DNA of 64,000 nucleotides from a virus. The notes below the pieces were generated by a model. That model saw only the letters and a program-made list of their open reading frames with translations. It ran no database searches and was not told the origin of the DNA. The stretch lies in IMG/VR virus record IMGVR_UViG_3300031746_002125, positions 8,450 to 72,449 of that record; one strand, 5' to 3'. How positions within the stretch are numbered: position 1 is the first letter of the stretch; each line of letters begins with the position of its first letter. The position numbers and the translations under genes were made by a program. Shown here one piece after another: positions 31,795 through 41,977 of this stretch.

Positions 31795-32433
31795 CTAAAC
31801 AACACTCTTGTATATCTTCTTATTTTTGACATTAGAAATTGTAGTCTCTGAAACACCAAATTGTTTTCCTATTTCTTTTAAAGTTAATTTTCCTTCTTCT
31901 GTTAATTTTCTAATTTCTCTTATTTGGTCATCTTTTAGTTTTGATAAATAGTGTTTTGATCCCATTTGAAATGTTCCATGATTTATTGCGTCTCGACAAT
32001 TTTCTTTTCCTGTTCCTAATTTTAAATTACATAATCTATTATCTGTCCTAACTCCATTCAAATGTCTACATTCCAGTCCTGGAAAATATAAATTACCGAA
32101 AGCCTCTAAAACCAATTTATGAATTTTAAAATATTTTGCCTTTCCATTTTTACACAAACTAATTCTTAGGTATCCATGAGATTCTTTTCTTGGTTTCAAA
32201 ATTTTTTCTTGATTTAAATATTTTTGTGGATCTTTTAATACTCTTCTAATGCTTGTTCTATTAATTTTTGTTTGTCTAGATATTTCAGATTGCGACAAAT
32301 TATTATTGTTTAATAATAAGATATTATTTATTTGATCGTCTGTAAATTTTTTAACAAGTCTCTTTATTCTACCAAGATCAGAAACTTGATATAATCCTTC
32401 ATACCCAACCACATCTTTCCAAATCTCTATCAT
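31795..32433 (-). CDS. NUMOD4-HNH endonuclease with internal HTH insertion
   Basis: EIWKDVVGYEGLYQVSD; extra LSQSEISRQ HTH; ECRHLNGVRTDNRL. Confidence 0.88.
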   Translation of the reverse strand: MIEIWKDVVGYEGLYQVSDLGRIKRLVKKFTDDQINNILLLNNNNLSQSEISRQTKINRTSIRRVLKDPQKYLNQEKILKPRKESHGYLRISLCKNGKAKYFKIHKLVLEAFGNLYFPGLECRHLNGVRTDNRLCNLKLGTGKENCRDAINHGTFQMGSKHYLSKLKDDQIREIRKLTEEGKLTLKEIGKQFGVSETTISNVKNKKIYKSVV

Positions 32434-33077
32434 CTCAATATTATACGAAAAACTACCACCCTTTTATTTTTTTAATTTCTTTTATTATTGAAATCAAATG
32501 ATCGCAAACTATTGATTTTTTACTAGCTTCAACACCATACCCAACAATATTTCCAGGAATCTTGCTTATTGGCAAGTTAGCCTTACACACAAAATTGAGT
32601 TCTTCAAGTGAAAGTTGTACTTGTTCTAATAGATCATTAAGAATCTCTGGTTGATGGTTTTGTGTTTTATAAATTGGAGCTTTAGCTTTCGTCATAAATT
32701 AATCTCACTTTCTTATGTTAATAACAGACTTTTCTTGGGGGTTAAAATATGTCGTTCGCCCAAAGCCTTTTCAGAAATTTGTTTCCACGCATCGTTGTCG
32801 GTATCAACCACACCAAAAGATTTAATATGTTTTGTATTAATAAATTCTTTTTGACAAACCAAATAAAGGGGATTCATATCTTTTAATTGAGCAGCCGCCA
32901 AACCATCTTTACCACCTTCTCCTTTATGGGGGAATAAAACTAAAGATCTTTCTACGGGAATTATAGCATCGACAGTTATTAATTCTCTAAAATCATCCGG
33001 AGATTTATCAATCTCAAAAAATTTACTATCACCATCTTTGAAATCTACCCTATACCAACTCATATTTTTCCTTTCTA

Positions 33078-33464
33078 TTATTTCACTATTTCCAAACACT
33101 GAACCACATTATGACCAGACAAATCTTTTATATCACTCGTGTCGGGATCTAAAATCTTTTTTTTCTTTGCGTCATATACGATTGCATGAACATTACATTT
33201 TGGTCCTAAATTAAGATCTATTTTCGCAACAATTAAAATAGAATTATTTTTTAAATCTTTAAGCCTATTAAATTTTATAAATCTTGATTTAATATTAAAT
33301 TCGTCATCTAAAAATCTTTTTATTGAATGTGATTCGTTTCTAAAATTAGGTGAACCTATTGTAAAACGAGCCATTTCCTTTACGTGTTCATAACATGTTC
33401 CGCCGACCATAGCCACACAAGCAACACTACACCCGTCTCCGTCCAATTGTTTAACTAAATTCAT
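33078..33464 (-). CDS. Peptidase C39-like protein
   Basis: Q..GCSVACVAM..HAIVYD..DP. Confidence 0.65.
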   Translation of the reverse strand: MNLVKQLDGDGCSVACVAMVGGTCYEHVKEMARFTIGSPNFRNESHSIKRFLDDEFNIKSRFIKFNRLKDLKNNSILIVAKIDLNLGPKCNVHAIVYDAKKKKILDPDTSDIKDLSGHNVVQCLEIVK

Positions 33465-34913
33465 AGAAAAATCTCTCTATCTTAAACAAACATATCTTAT
33501 CAACAAACCGACATATTCGAACTTTTTTAATTTTATCTTGCCGAAACAATAATTTATACGCTGTCCAGAAAGCCATAAAAAGAAAATAATGTTCAGATAA
33601 AATTACGTAATCCCGTAACGGTTCTCCATAAGAACAACCTTCTATTGGATATTGTACATTATATTTTTTCATTTATGCATCCCTAATTTTTTGAGTATCC
33701 ATATCTTCCCATATATCTGGATATTGCCAATCTATTATTTGGTTCTGCCAATCACGAGCAAATTTAGCAGCCAACGCATAATGTTGTCCATCGTCTAAAT
33801 ATATGTCTCCTGATTTGGGATCTGTTTCAAAACCACACAGAGCAACAGTTTTATCATTAACTTTACGAATCCTTATACTCATTTATTTATTGTCCATTAA
33901 AAATCTATGTACACCAACGGCACGGTCTAGATTAGTATTGTGTTCATCTAAAATTCCACATATTTGTCCAGCGGTTGGAATTTGTTTTTCAATAAAATCA
34001 GCAGCTTCATTCATTAATTTTTGAGTAGCTGTTTGATAAAATTCTAAATCTCCACCCTGAAAAGTAACATTAGACCAACGACGAAGCCTTTGGGACAAAG
34101 CTAACTTTTGTCCCTTTTTATTATCAAAGTCATCCTCTTTTACGTTAGCTATAAATATTCCTTTATCCACGACCAGTACACCCTGGACAACAACAAGTAG
34201 GTTTTTCTGCTTGCATTTCTTCTATTAATTCTTTTAAAGACGATCTTACTTTTCCATTATAGGATTTGTCTGCTACTGATTCTAATACTTTAATAATACC
34301 ATATTCTCCGATTATTGTTGACAATAATCTATCACACAAATCATCCATTCATCTTCTCCATAAATTGTTGTGCAAATTCTTCCGATGCGGTGTCCGCATC
34401 AAATTTATCAAATGGTTTTTCGAAAAAATTGTTGTCTAATAAATAGCTTGTTAAATATTCTTTTAATTGTGTCTGCAATTCCTCTTGTGAAAAGAAGGTC
34501 ATAACATCTGTCTTGGCTATAGTTATACGTAAACAATCCTTATAAATATGAAATTCTGGATGACTTTCTGGTAATTCGAAGAACATTATTCCACACGGAG
34601 TAGAACAATTTTTACAGCCGGGATATTTTTGAACAATATACCATCTTTTTTCAGTTCCAATATTTGGAGCGCGTAATTTAAAAAATTCACCACTTAATAA
34701 ACAACCACATTCACACATTATAATACCTCGGACGGACGAAAAATCCCGGTGTTTCCTGGGGTTATCATCTTAAACCAACGCCCAGGGTAAATCCTATTAT
34801 CTATATCCACATCTCCAACTATACAACCACAATTTTTGCACCATCTTACTGTATAGTCTTCGTCATAGCTCTGACGAAAACGAGCTATAACTATTAAATC
34901 ATGATTTTTTGAA

Positions 34914-35312
34914 TTACACATTTTCAACTCCACTTTTCATTACCCTGTAGGTATCTTCGTCTTTGTGGGTAGTTGAAACTTCTAAAAACACAACATTTAA
35001 ACAATTTGGATTATAAAAACTATGAGCCTGACAAGGAAGTATCGTCACCGACTCTCCCTTAATTAAAATATCCGTTACTTTAGTTCCATCTTTCTCGAAC
35101 CTATCGAGATGAAGTTCGCCACTTAAAATAAAGAATGTTTCTTGTTTATCTCTGTGCCATTGAAGTGACAACCTACTTTCTGGAACAAGTGTCATTATCT
35201 TGGCACAATATTTATCATTGTTAACGATGATTTCTTCTGTTCCCCAGTTCTTTTTAACAAGAATAGTTTTTTCAATTTTGTTCATTTCTACTCGATTCAA
35301 GAACCGCGACAT
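34914..35312 (-). CDS. Cupin (mannose-6-phosphate isomerase-like)
   Basis: KNWGTE, SLQWHRDKQETF, HSF, LEVST. Confidence 0.8.
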   Translation of the reverse strand: MSRFLNRVEMNKIEKTILVKKNWGTEEIIVNNDKYCAKIMTLVPESRLSLQWHRDKQETFFILSGELHLDRFEKDGTKVTDILIKGESVTILPCQAHSFYNPNCLNVVFLEVSTTHKDEDTYRVMKSGVENV

Positions 35313-35523
35313 CGGGTTCCATTAAAACCATAGAGCCACTTATAAAATCGAACAACAATCCGTCGCGTAGTCTTACTGCATAAATTGTCGAACGAGACTT
35401 TAAAACATCATAAAACGAAGTATTTATTCTGATATACAATTCGTTATTAAGCCAAAAGCATTCTCCTCGCTTGATACTACTTAATAATAATTCATTATGA
35501 TTTTTAGGAACATAAACTTTCAT
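35272..35523 (-). CDS. Hypothetical protein, paralog of 52756..53004
   Basis: GECFWLNNELYIR..VRLRDG vs GQCFLHGDEVYMR..VRLLDG. Confidence 0.55.
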   Translation of the reverse strand: MKVYVPKNHNELLLSSIKRGECFWLNNELYIRINTSFYDVLKSRSTIYAVRLRDGLLFDFISGSMVLMEPDVAVLESSRNEQN

Positions 35524-37539
35524 TTAAAATATTCTCCAAATCTTTTAATTCTTGGCTATAGTTTGGGCCAGTATAAATAAAACCGTGAGAGGCGGCAATA
35601 CTCCATATAGTCGCGTATCGTGGATCATTTTCAACCAATTTTAATTTATCAACCAAAGCCTTCGCCGCATCTTTTAATTTCATGCTATACTCTGTTATCA
35701 TAACACCTCTTTTCATTCGTCTTACATCGTTCCAGGCCGCATCGGAAGGTACTTCTACGGGAGGAGTAACGTGTTGAAAATAAAATTTAGTTTCTTTTGG
35801 AGGAACAACGCCAACAGTATTTTTGGGACCACAATTTGGACGTGGTTTAACATTCTCTGTTTGCATTTTTTGCTCGGCTTTATCCATAGCTTTTCCAAGA
35901 GTCTCTCTAAATGAACATCGTACACAATGTTTCGAAGACCACGCTTTCCCACATTTGGAGCATGGAAGATTATCTTCGACTGGAATTCTTAAAGCCCAAT
36001 ATCCATTTGGCCGACACACCCATTCACCAAAATCAATTGATTTCCCTTTACTATCTTCTACTTCTAAAAATCGTCCACTTTGATGAGAGGGGGGACCATC
36101 GAAAACAATATCTATATAATCACTCATTTTTATCTCTCTAAAAAATCAATCCATATTGCCACCAACAAAGCCAATGGCCCCCAAAACAAAAATTCAAACC
36201 AAGAAATATATCTACCTTTTGGAAAACATTTTATTTGTATTAAACCACCACAAACCCCACATAAAATCCATGTAATAAGAAACAAACAAAAATAGATAAA
36301 CATTTATTCTCCCCTAATAACTCCTTGGTCCCATATCAACCACGCCTCGTCCAGAGTTTTCGCTTTTACAAACACACTAATAACCTCACAACAACCACCA
36401 AGGTTTTCACAAATGAGAAACCAACCATCTCTACAATTAATATTCTTATTTGAAAACTCTACTTTTTCAAGCCTAAATTGACTTCCACAAGGGCACGGTC
36501 GATGTAACATTTTAGGTTTTTTATATTCTACGGTTTTACCTATTGACCCAAATATCTTCCTGTTATTATTAAAAACAGCCAAAATTGCATCAGCGGCTTT
36601 GATAGGCCAAATAGTTCCTTCTTTTGGGGGTATGACAGAATTTATAATTTTTATCAATCTTTCTCTATTTGGCAATTTAACAGATTTTATAATATCGTCA
36701 GCAAACTCGTTTAATAAATAGTCTTCTATATCAGAAACAACACGAGGAAGTTCTTTTAATTGAACTTTTCTCCATGTTCGTTGAATACTCTTCACTATTG
36801 CGTCACGCATTTTTCTTTTCCCTTTTTATGAATTCTTTTATATCTGTTATACCAAACCATCTCCCACCCTTTTCGTCAGAAATAAATGGCATACGATATA
36901 AATCCTTCGTGAACAATGGACAAATAATAAATTTAATTTGAGTATCTGGAATATTTTTAATCATTTCTTCAGCGATTAAATTATTAGAATCGTTTGGAAT
37001 ACAATACATAGTAATTTTTTTCATTATTTCCTCTTCTTTCCACTTGTTTCCCTGACCATTAAAACGAGCCGATCTTTAATTAATTCTTTTACATCCTCTT
37101 CTGTTGCATCAATCAATAGTCTACAATGGGTAAAATTTAATTCCACTAAATCTGGGGAAATATTATATTTTACAAGAAGTTCTTGTGCATATTTTTCGAA
37201 TTTAATTTTATTTAAATACTTAAAACTTATTTCTACCATTTATTTACTCACAACTAAACTAAATTAGCCCGACACAAAAGTATTTTCATATTAAATCTTT
37301 ATAAATAAAATTTACAACGAATCTGTCGTTTTTGCTTCTACACATAGCTAATGCGGCGTCCTTTTCGTATCCAAATGTTTTCTGGCCAACATTTCCCACG
37401 GAGTAATAGACTCTGCAAGGGCGTAAATCTTTTGTAGCTCTTTTACTCTTTCCTTTATTTTTTCTTCGGCTTTCATAATCAATTATACGATTAATTGGGT
37501 GATTATTTTTATATTTATTGAAATAGTAGATATCGGACC

Positions 37540-38073
37540 TTAATTTATTGAAACGTGTTTCCATCTTTCTCTGTTTTTGATTTTTGAAATTGTTTGGGGT
37601 ACTACTTTAAAAATATTACTAATTTCTTTTTGGGTTAAATATCCGTCTTCTAACAATCTATTAATTACTCTAATTTTCCAATCATTTAATTTTGCTCCGG
37701 GATTTTCTTCTCCAATTTTATAAAGCCAAATAGGGTCTTGAATACATCTCCCGTGCTTAACCATGTCCTTTTGATTGTTCTTATGGGTATCACATCTTAG
37801 ATTTTCAATTAAATTATTTTTAGGGTTTCCATCGTTGTGACATATTTCCATTCCTTGCGGGCAAGGATCGAAAAAGGATTCAAACATCAATCTATGTAGA
37901 AGAAAATTTCTTCCCCTATCATTATTATATAATCTGACATATAAATACCCGCCGCTTCCTATATATGGTTTAATAATTCTTTTTCTTGGGCTTTTCTTCC
38001 CTGCTATTCCTTTTACAAGAGAAGTCTCTGAAATTTGATATAGTCCTTCGTAGCCTGGAATATCTTTCCACAT
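37540..38073 (-). CDS. NUMOD4-HNH endonuclease (leaderless)
   Basis: WKDIPGYEGLYQIS; ICHNDGNPKNN; TATAAT 5 nt upstream of ATG. Confidence 0.9.
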   Translation of the reverse strand: MWKDIPGYEGLYQISETSLVKGIAGKKSPRKRIIKPYIGSGGYLYVRLYNNDRGRNFLLHRLMFESFFDPCPQGMEICHNDGNPKNNLIENLRCDTHKNNQKDMVKHGRCIQDPIWLYKIGEENPGAKLNDWKIRVINRLLEDGYLTQKEISNIFKVVPQTISKIKNRERWKHVSIN

Positions 38074-38196
38074 ATCTAATTATACGAATAAACGAGTAAT
38101 TATTTTGAGAAAAGAGGGTGAATAGTGTGGTTCAAAGAATCTTGATTTATACTTTGAAGACGATTTGATATCCGGCTTAGTCTTCGCCCCCAGCAG

Positions 38197-38447
38197 TTTT
38201 CGGACCATAGGCTTCGAATTATCGGACGGCATATAACTACCACACCCTTATCGGACCTAATTGGCCAGACGCCAATTATAGGACCGCCCATTATCGGACG
38301 AGCATATAGAGAAGGTTATCGGGCTTATACTTATAGGACGTGGACGCGGGGAGGGAAAAAGATTATGGGAGCACGGGATATAGGACTATACATTATGGGA
38401 CGATGTGCCGCTCGTGCCGATGCCAAAAACATGCTCGGTTATCGGAC
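38197..38447 (+). repeat. Iteron-like cluster of 11 copies of TTATNGGAC
   Basis: Copies start at 38197, 38219, 38248, 38276, 38291, 38316, 38331, 38363, 38378, 38393 and 38439; 15-bp spacing recurs four times. Confidence 0.85.
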
Positions 38448-38469
38448 GATAAAAATTTTTTATTTTCGT

Positions 38470-38497
38470 TTGCTTACCTGCGATTCTATTCTACAAT
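38470..38497 (+). promoter_or_regulatory. Sigma70-type early promoter
   Basis: TTGCTT-N16-TACAAT preceded by an AT tract. Confidence 0.6.
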
Positions 38498-38530
38498 TAG
38501 GTTGGCAATAGGGCCGACAAGGAGAAGAAA

Positions 38531-38677
38531 ATGGTACTAGGAATAACAATCGGAACGGGCGCGGTGGTGATGATGGTGATTATGATGATTAAGACCAGCT
38601 TAGAAAATGCTGGCAACACCTACGGGCGGCGGAGCGTTTGCGGACGTTCGGCTCGGTGGAACAGGAGGGTGCGATAA
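38531..38677 (+). CDS. Small early membrane peptide (48 aa)
   Basis: GGAG RBS; MVLGITIGTGAVVMMVIMM; stop overlaps the next ATG. Confidence 0.55.
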   Translation: MVLGITIGTGAVVMMVIMMIKTSLENAGNTYGRRSVCGRSARWNRRVR

Positions 38678-38754
38678 TGTTTACAATGATCGGACTAGGA
38701 TTTCTCATGGTGGTTATCGGAGCGGTGAAGGTGTGGTGGGAATTATCGGAATAA
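38677..38754 (+). CDS. Small early membrane peptide (25 aa)
   Basis: AGGAGG RBS; MFTMIGLGFLMVVIGAVKVWWELSE. Confidence 0.55.
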   Translation: MFTMIGLGFLMVVIGAVKVWWELSE

Positions 38755-38765
38755 AGGAGAGCTTT

Positions 38766-38921
38766 ATGTGGACGCTAGTTATCTGGACATCGCCGAACGA
38801 CAGCGCATCCTACGATTATCGGACGAGAATGGAAGCGTTGGCTATCGGACGTAATTGCATCGACGCCTATGCAGTTGAATTATACGGACCTGACGGCGAG
38901 TATGAAGGATTTTCGGACTAG
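38766..38921 (+). CDS. Small early protein (51 aa)
   Basis: AAGGAG RBS; MWTLVIWTSPND... Confidence 0.6.
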   Translation: MWTLVIWTSPNDSASYDYRTRMEALAIGRNCIDAYAVELYGPDGEYEGFSD

Positions 38922-38929
38922 GAGGTGCT

Positions 38930-39172
38930 GTGATGATGAAAGCAACACTTGAAGTTTTCTGGCCAAGCGACCCAACATTTTCGGACGCTGACAAGGTTTC
39001 GCGGTACGATAATCTTTGGGACGATTGTGTGATGATAGACGCGAGAATAGCAGCCCTTTGTGGTGGACACGCCATCGCGACACTATCGGACGGCTACCGG
39101 GTCGAATACATCTCGGACGATTGCGAGCCGACTGGTTATCGGACTAAAGGCGTACCATGTGAAACGGTCTGA
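38930..39172 (+). CDS. Small early protein
   Basis: AGGAGG RBS; followed by a terminator. Confidence 0.6.
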   Translation: MMMKATLEVFWPSDPTFSDADKVSRYDNLWDDCVMIDARIAALCGGHAIATLSDGYRVEYISDDCEPTGYRTKGVPCETV

Positions 39173-39189
39173 TTATCGGACGAAGGACC

Positions 39190-39214
39190 GGGCCGAATTA
39201 TCGGCCCTTCTTTT
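39190..39214 (+). terminator. Rho-independent terminator
   Basis: GGGCCGA-ATTA-TCGGCCC-TTCTTTT. Confidence 0.75.
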
Positions 39215-39228
39215 GCGCTGATCGGTTT

Positions 39229-39395
39229 GGTCCTATAAAAATCACTGCTTGTAAAATCGTAACTTAACTGCGAATTATGGGACCAGGCATATATTACTTC
39301 GTTTATGTGCGTTTCCTGCGGGATGTTATCGAATCATGCAAATAATATCGAAGAATTCCTATAATAATTGAGACATTATCATTAAAAATCAACAT
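39229..39395 (+). repeat. Intergenic degenerate repeat R1
   Basis: Blocks GGTCCTATAA, AAATCGTAA, AACTGC, TTATRGGAC, ATATATTACTTCG, AATAATA, CCTATAATAA shared with R2 and R3. Confidence 0.8.
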
Positions 39396-39424
39396 TTTAT
39401 TGGCCTATCCTCGTATAATATATT

Positions 39425-39940
39425 ATGGGAACTATCCGGGAAATAAAGGTTACAGGACGTAATTATGAATTATCGGTCCTTGTCGATGAAGAAGATTATC
39501 AGACGTTAAGGTTATGGGAATATGGTTTGTCCAGAATTATAGGACTTGATACAACCTACATACAGACTTATAAAAAGGGCAAAAGGGGTTATCTCCATCG
39601 TCTTATTATGGGGGTTTCGGACGCGACAACGTCCATTTTCGTAGATCATATTGACCATAATGGGCTTAATAATTCTAGGACCAACCTACGTATTACCAAT
39701 AATAAGGGTAATCAGCGCAATTCGCGCAAACGATTATCGACAAAACGAACAAGCTCCTATAAAGGAGTTTATTTTTCTCACAATAATAAGATGAACCCCT
39801 GGTTAGCATCCATTCATCTATCGGACAGTAGAACACATCTGGGATATTATAGGACCGAAATAGAAGCGGCTCACGCCTATAATAAGGCCGCTATCGAGCA
39901 TTTCGGCGACATGGCCAACCCGAACATTCTCGGACCATAA
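39425..39940 (+). CDS. HNH-AP2 endonuclease (leaderless, motif-overprinted)
   Basis: YLHRLIM..VDHIDHNGLNNSRTNLR; AP2 YKGV..HLGYY..EAAHAYNKAA. Confidence 0.88.
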   Translation: MGTIREIKVTGRNYELSVLVDEEDYQTLRLWEYGLSRIIGLDTTYIQTYKKGKRGYLHRLIMGVSDATTSIFVDHIDHNGLNNSRTNLRITNNKGNQRNSRKRLSTKRTSSYKGVYFSHNNKMNPWLASIHLSDSRTHLGYYRTEIEAAHAYNKAAIEHFGDMANPNILGP

Positions 39941-39968
39941 AATTTTTCAGATTTTTATTATTTGGACC

Positions 39969-39997
39969 TTGACTTTTGTATGGTTCCCGCCTATACT
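39969..39997 (+). promoter_or_regulatory. Sigma70 promoter
   Basis: TTGACT-N17-TATACT. Confidence 0.8.
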
Positions 39998-40052
39998 CCT
40001 ACAGTAGTACGGGACAACGAAATGATGTTTTTTTCGGACGGGGGAAAGGGCG

Positions 40053-40358
40053 ATGAAAAGGCCGCTATTATCAGACGACATGGTGGATATGAAGTTAGCT
40101 AGTCTGGAAAAATTGCAGTATCGCTTGGAATTAACGGGGCCGATAATGTTCTGGAAAGCAGAAGTGATCGGACCATTCGGCTCGGAGTTTTTCGGACGGT
40201 CCAGTAACGGGCCAACGACCGATAAAGCTATCGAGCGACTTAAATTGCAGCTTGAACGAATCGGGTTTATCGGACTACTGATTGAAAGCCCGATAATCGG
40301 AAAAGATTATTCGGACGACGATCTGTTATCGGACGAAGAAGTCCCTGACGAGTTATAG
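40053..40358 (+). CDS. Early hypothetical protein
   Basis: 101 aa downstream of a promoter with a purine-rich RBS. Confidence 0.6.
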   Translation: MKRPLLSDDMVDMKLASLEKLQYRLELTGPIMFWKAEVIGPFGSEFFGRSSNGPTTDKAIERLKLQLERIGFIGLLIESPIIGKDYSDDDLLSDEEVPDEL

Positions 40359-40377
40359 GACGATAAGGGGGTGTAAA

Positions 40378-40578
40378 GTGTTGCTGAAAAAAAGAACGTA
40401 TTTCTTGACGAATGTTATCGGCGAATCTTGTTTGGTCCGAGTATTCGTTGCGACGGCAAACGCAAACATCGTCTTTATGGGACGCCAGAATTTCCTTCCG
40501 ATAAGACGTGCCTTTTCCGAGCAAGGGGAAACGACATTAGCGGACGATGACGAGGGCGAAGAGTGGAAAGACCGATAA
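40378..40578 (+). CDS. Early hypothetical protein
   Basis: 66 aa; AAGGGGGT RBS. Confidence 0.5.
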   Translation: MLLKKRTYFLTNVIGESCLVRVFVATANANIVFMGRQNFLPIRRAFSEQGETTLADDDEGEEWKDR

Positions 40579-40624
40579 ACTAGCGGGACAAAGAAGTTAT
40601 AGGACTAGGGAACCGATCGGCCTT

Positions 40625-40820
40625 GGTCCTATAATTTGCGCCTACGGCACAGTTATAGGACTCCCTTATAATGTTAAAATCGTAATTAAACTGCTTTTTA
40701 TAGGACGTGGCATATATTACTTCGCCTGCGAGCGTTTCCTTCGGGACATTCTAGGATCATGCCAATAATAACGAAACTGCCCATAATAATAAAGACATGC
40801 CGATTGAAAAACGATATATT
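40625..40820 (+). repeat. Intergenic degenerate repeat R2
   Basis: Same conserved blocks as R1 and R3, with a short insertion after GGTCCTATAA. Confidence 0.8.
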
Positions 40821-40851
40821 ATCAGACTAAAAGATTTTCTTGTCGGGCGAC

Positions 40852-40880
40852 TTGACTTCGGCGGTCGGCTTGCATATAAT
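40852..40880 (+). promoter_or_regulatory. Sigma70 promoter
   Basis: TTGACT-N17-TATAAT. Confidence 0.85.
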
Positions 40881-40953
40881 TCAATATGACCGAACGCGAT
40901 AGCCTATAGTGTTATGGGCGAGCGTAAAGTCGATCCATTATAGGAGCTCCAAT

Positions 40954-41286
40954 ATGTCGGCAACCGCAGTAGTTTCAAGCCCAGTAACCACCAGCAAAGT
41001 TCACGAAAAGGAATTTTTGACGACCGCGCAGGACTACGCGCGTGACCGCAAGGGCATAGATTGGCTATCGTCCCAACCCAACCCAGACGAGGCTATCGAC
41101 CGCGTTATGAAGGTTATTGGCCGCCTTCAGAATATGGTTGCCAACGGTTCGGACTATACTCCAGCCGCGCAGCTCGGCTTCGGGTCCGCTAACGCCTCAA
41201 CCATCGCGTCCGGTATTCTCGGCGCAGGCTTGACGGGTTCGCAGATTCGCAAGCTGTTCGCAACCGTAGGCAAGCCGAAGGCATAA
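40954..41286 (+). CDS. Monocistronic early protein (110 aa) with GC-rich codon usage
   Basis: TAGGAG RBS before MSATAVVSS; own promoter and terminator. Confidence 0.7.
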   Translation: MSATAVVSSPVTTSKVHEKEFLTTAQDYARDRKGIDWLSSQPNPDEAIDRVMKVIGRLQNMVANGSDYTPAAQLGFGSANASTIASGILGAGLTGSQIRKLFATVGKPKA

Positions 41287-41320
41287 TTTTCGGACCTCGA
41301 CGACTTATCGAGGAACGAAT

Positions 41321-41359
41321 TATCGGACGGGAGACGCGGGTTTCTCGTCCGATATTTTT
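41321..41359 (+). terminator. Rho-independent terminator
   Basis: TATCGGACGGGAGAC..GTTTCTCGTCCGATA-TTTTT. Confidence 0.8.
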
Positions 41360-41373
41360 GCGCGGATTTATAT

Positions 41374-41547
41374 GGTCCTATAATTTTCACTGCATGGTAA
41401 ATCGTAAAATAACTGCAATTATAGGACGTGGATTATATTAACTTCGTTTGTGCAAGATTTTCTAAGACATTCTCGGATAATACCAATAATATCAACTATG
41501 CCTATAATAAAGAGAACATATCGATTGAATAAATAGATATTATAGGA
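41374..41547 (+). repeat. Intergenic degenerate repeat R3
   Basis: Same conserved blocks as R1 and R2. Confidence 0.8.
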
Positions 41548-41559
41548 ATCCCATAATTT

Positions 41560-41680
41560 TTATTGGGTTCGGACGTATAATTATAGGACCGAAGAAGAAG
41601 CGGCAACAGCCTATAATAAAGCAGCTATCGAATTATTCGGACCTATTGCCTTCCTCAATATATTACCGGACCAAAAATAA
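41560..41680 (+). pseudogene. Internally deleted HNH-AP2 remnant
   Basis: ATTGG-N9-TATAAT joined directly to YRTEEEAATAYNKAAIELFG..., homologous to the C-terminus of 39425..39940. Confidence 0.75.
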
Positions 41681-41706
41681 TTTTTTTGATTTCTGGTTAT
41701 AAGACC

Positions 41707-41735
41707 TTGACATTTCGGTTCTGCAAGCATATAAT
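41707..41735 (+). promoter_or_regulatory. Sigma70 promoter (perfect consensus)
   Basis: TTGACA-N17-TATAAT. Confidence 0.88.
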
Positions 41736-41942
41736 ATAATAGTATTTTCGGACAAAAGAAGGTTGATCTGGACGAGTTTTCGGACGACGGGAAGATGGGC
41801 GATATGCGCACTTTTTCTTCTTATAGGACTAATTATTAGGACTACGATTTTATCGGAGGTTCCATATAATTTCTGTCTTGGCATCGTATTATTCAAAGAC
41901 TTATCGGGTGGTGCCAATAATCATTTTATTTTACCCAAAGGC

Positions 41943-41971
41943 TTGACTATCGTTGACTACGAGCATATAAT
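41943..41971 (+). promoter_or_regulatory. Sigma70 promoter driving the ncRNA candidate
   Basis: TTGACT-N17-TATAAT; predicted TSS near 41978. Confidence 0.85.
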
Positions 41972-41977
41972 TAGATA

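Larger units (their letters stand above)
29729..37564 (-). other. Tightly packed array of about 25 small hypothetical phage genes
   Basis: Abutting 60-210 aa ORFs on the minus strand, e.g. 29729..30019, 30273..30587, 30587..30883, 31284..31577, 32713..33099, 34341..34718, 35504..36127, 36304..36810. Confidence 0.7.

Noticed and set aside
38197-38447. CRISPR array
   Set aside because: The repeat is only ~9 bp and degenerate, spacing is irregular (15-46 bp), it continues into coding DNA, and no cas genes are visible.
40547-40768. 73 aa ORF
   Set aside because: Runs through repeat R2, whose sister copies are non-coding, and overlaps the preceding gene.
38197-41900. CsrA/RsmA sponge RNA (GGA repeats)
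   Set aside because: The context is TNGGA rather than ANGGA, sites are not in hairpin loops, and they occur upstream of promoters and as perfect reverse complements, which favours a dsDNA site. Not fully excluded.
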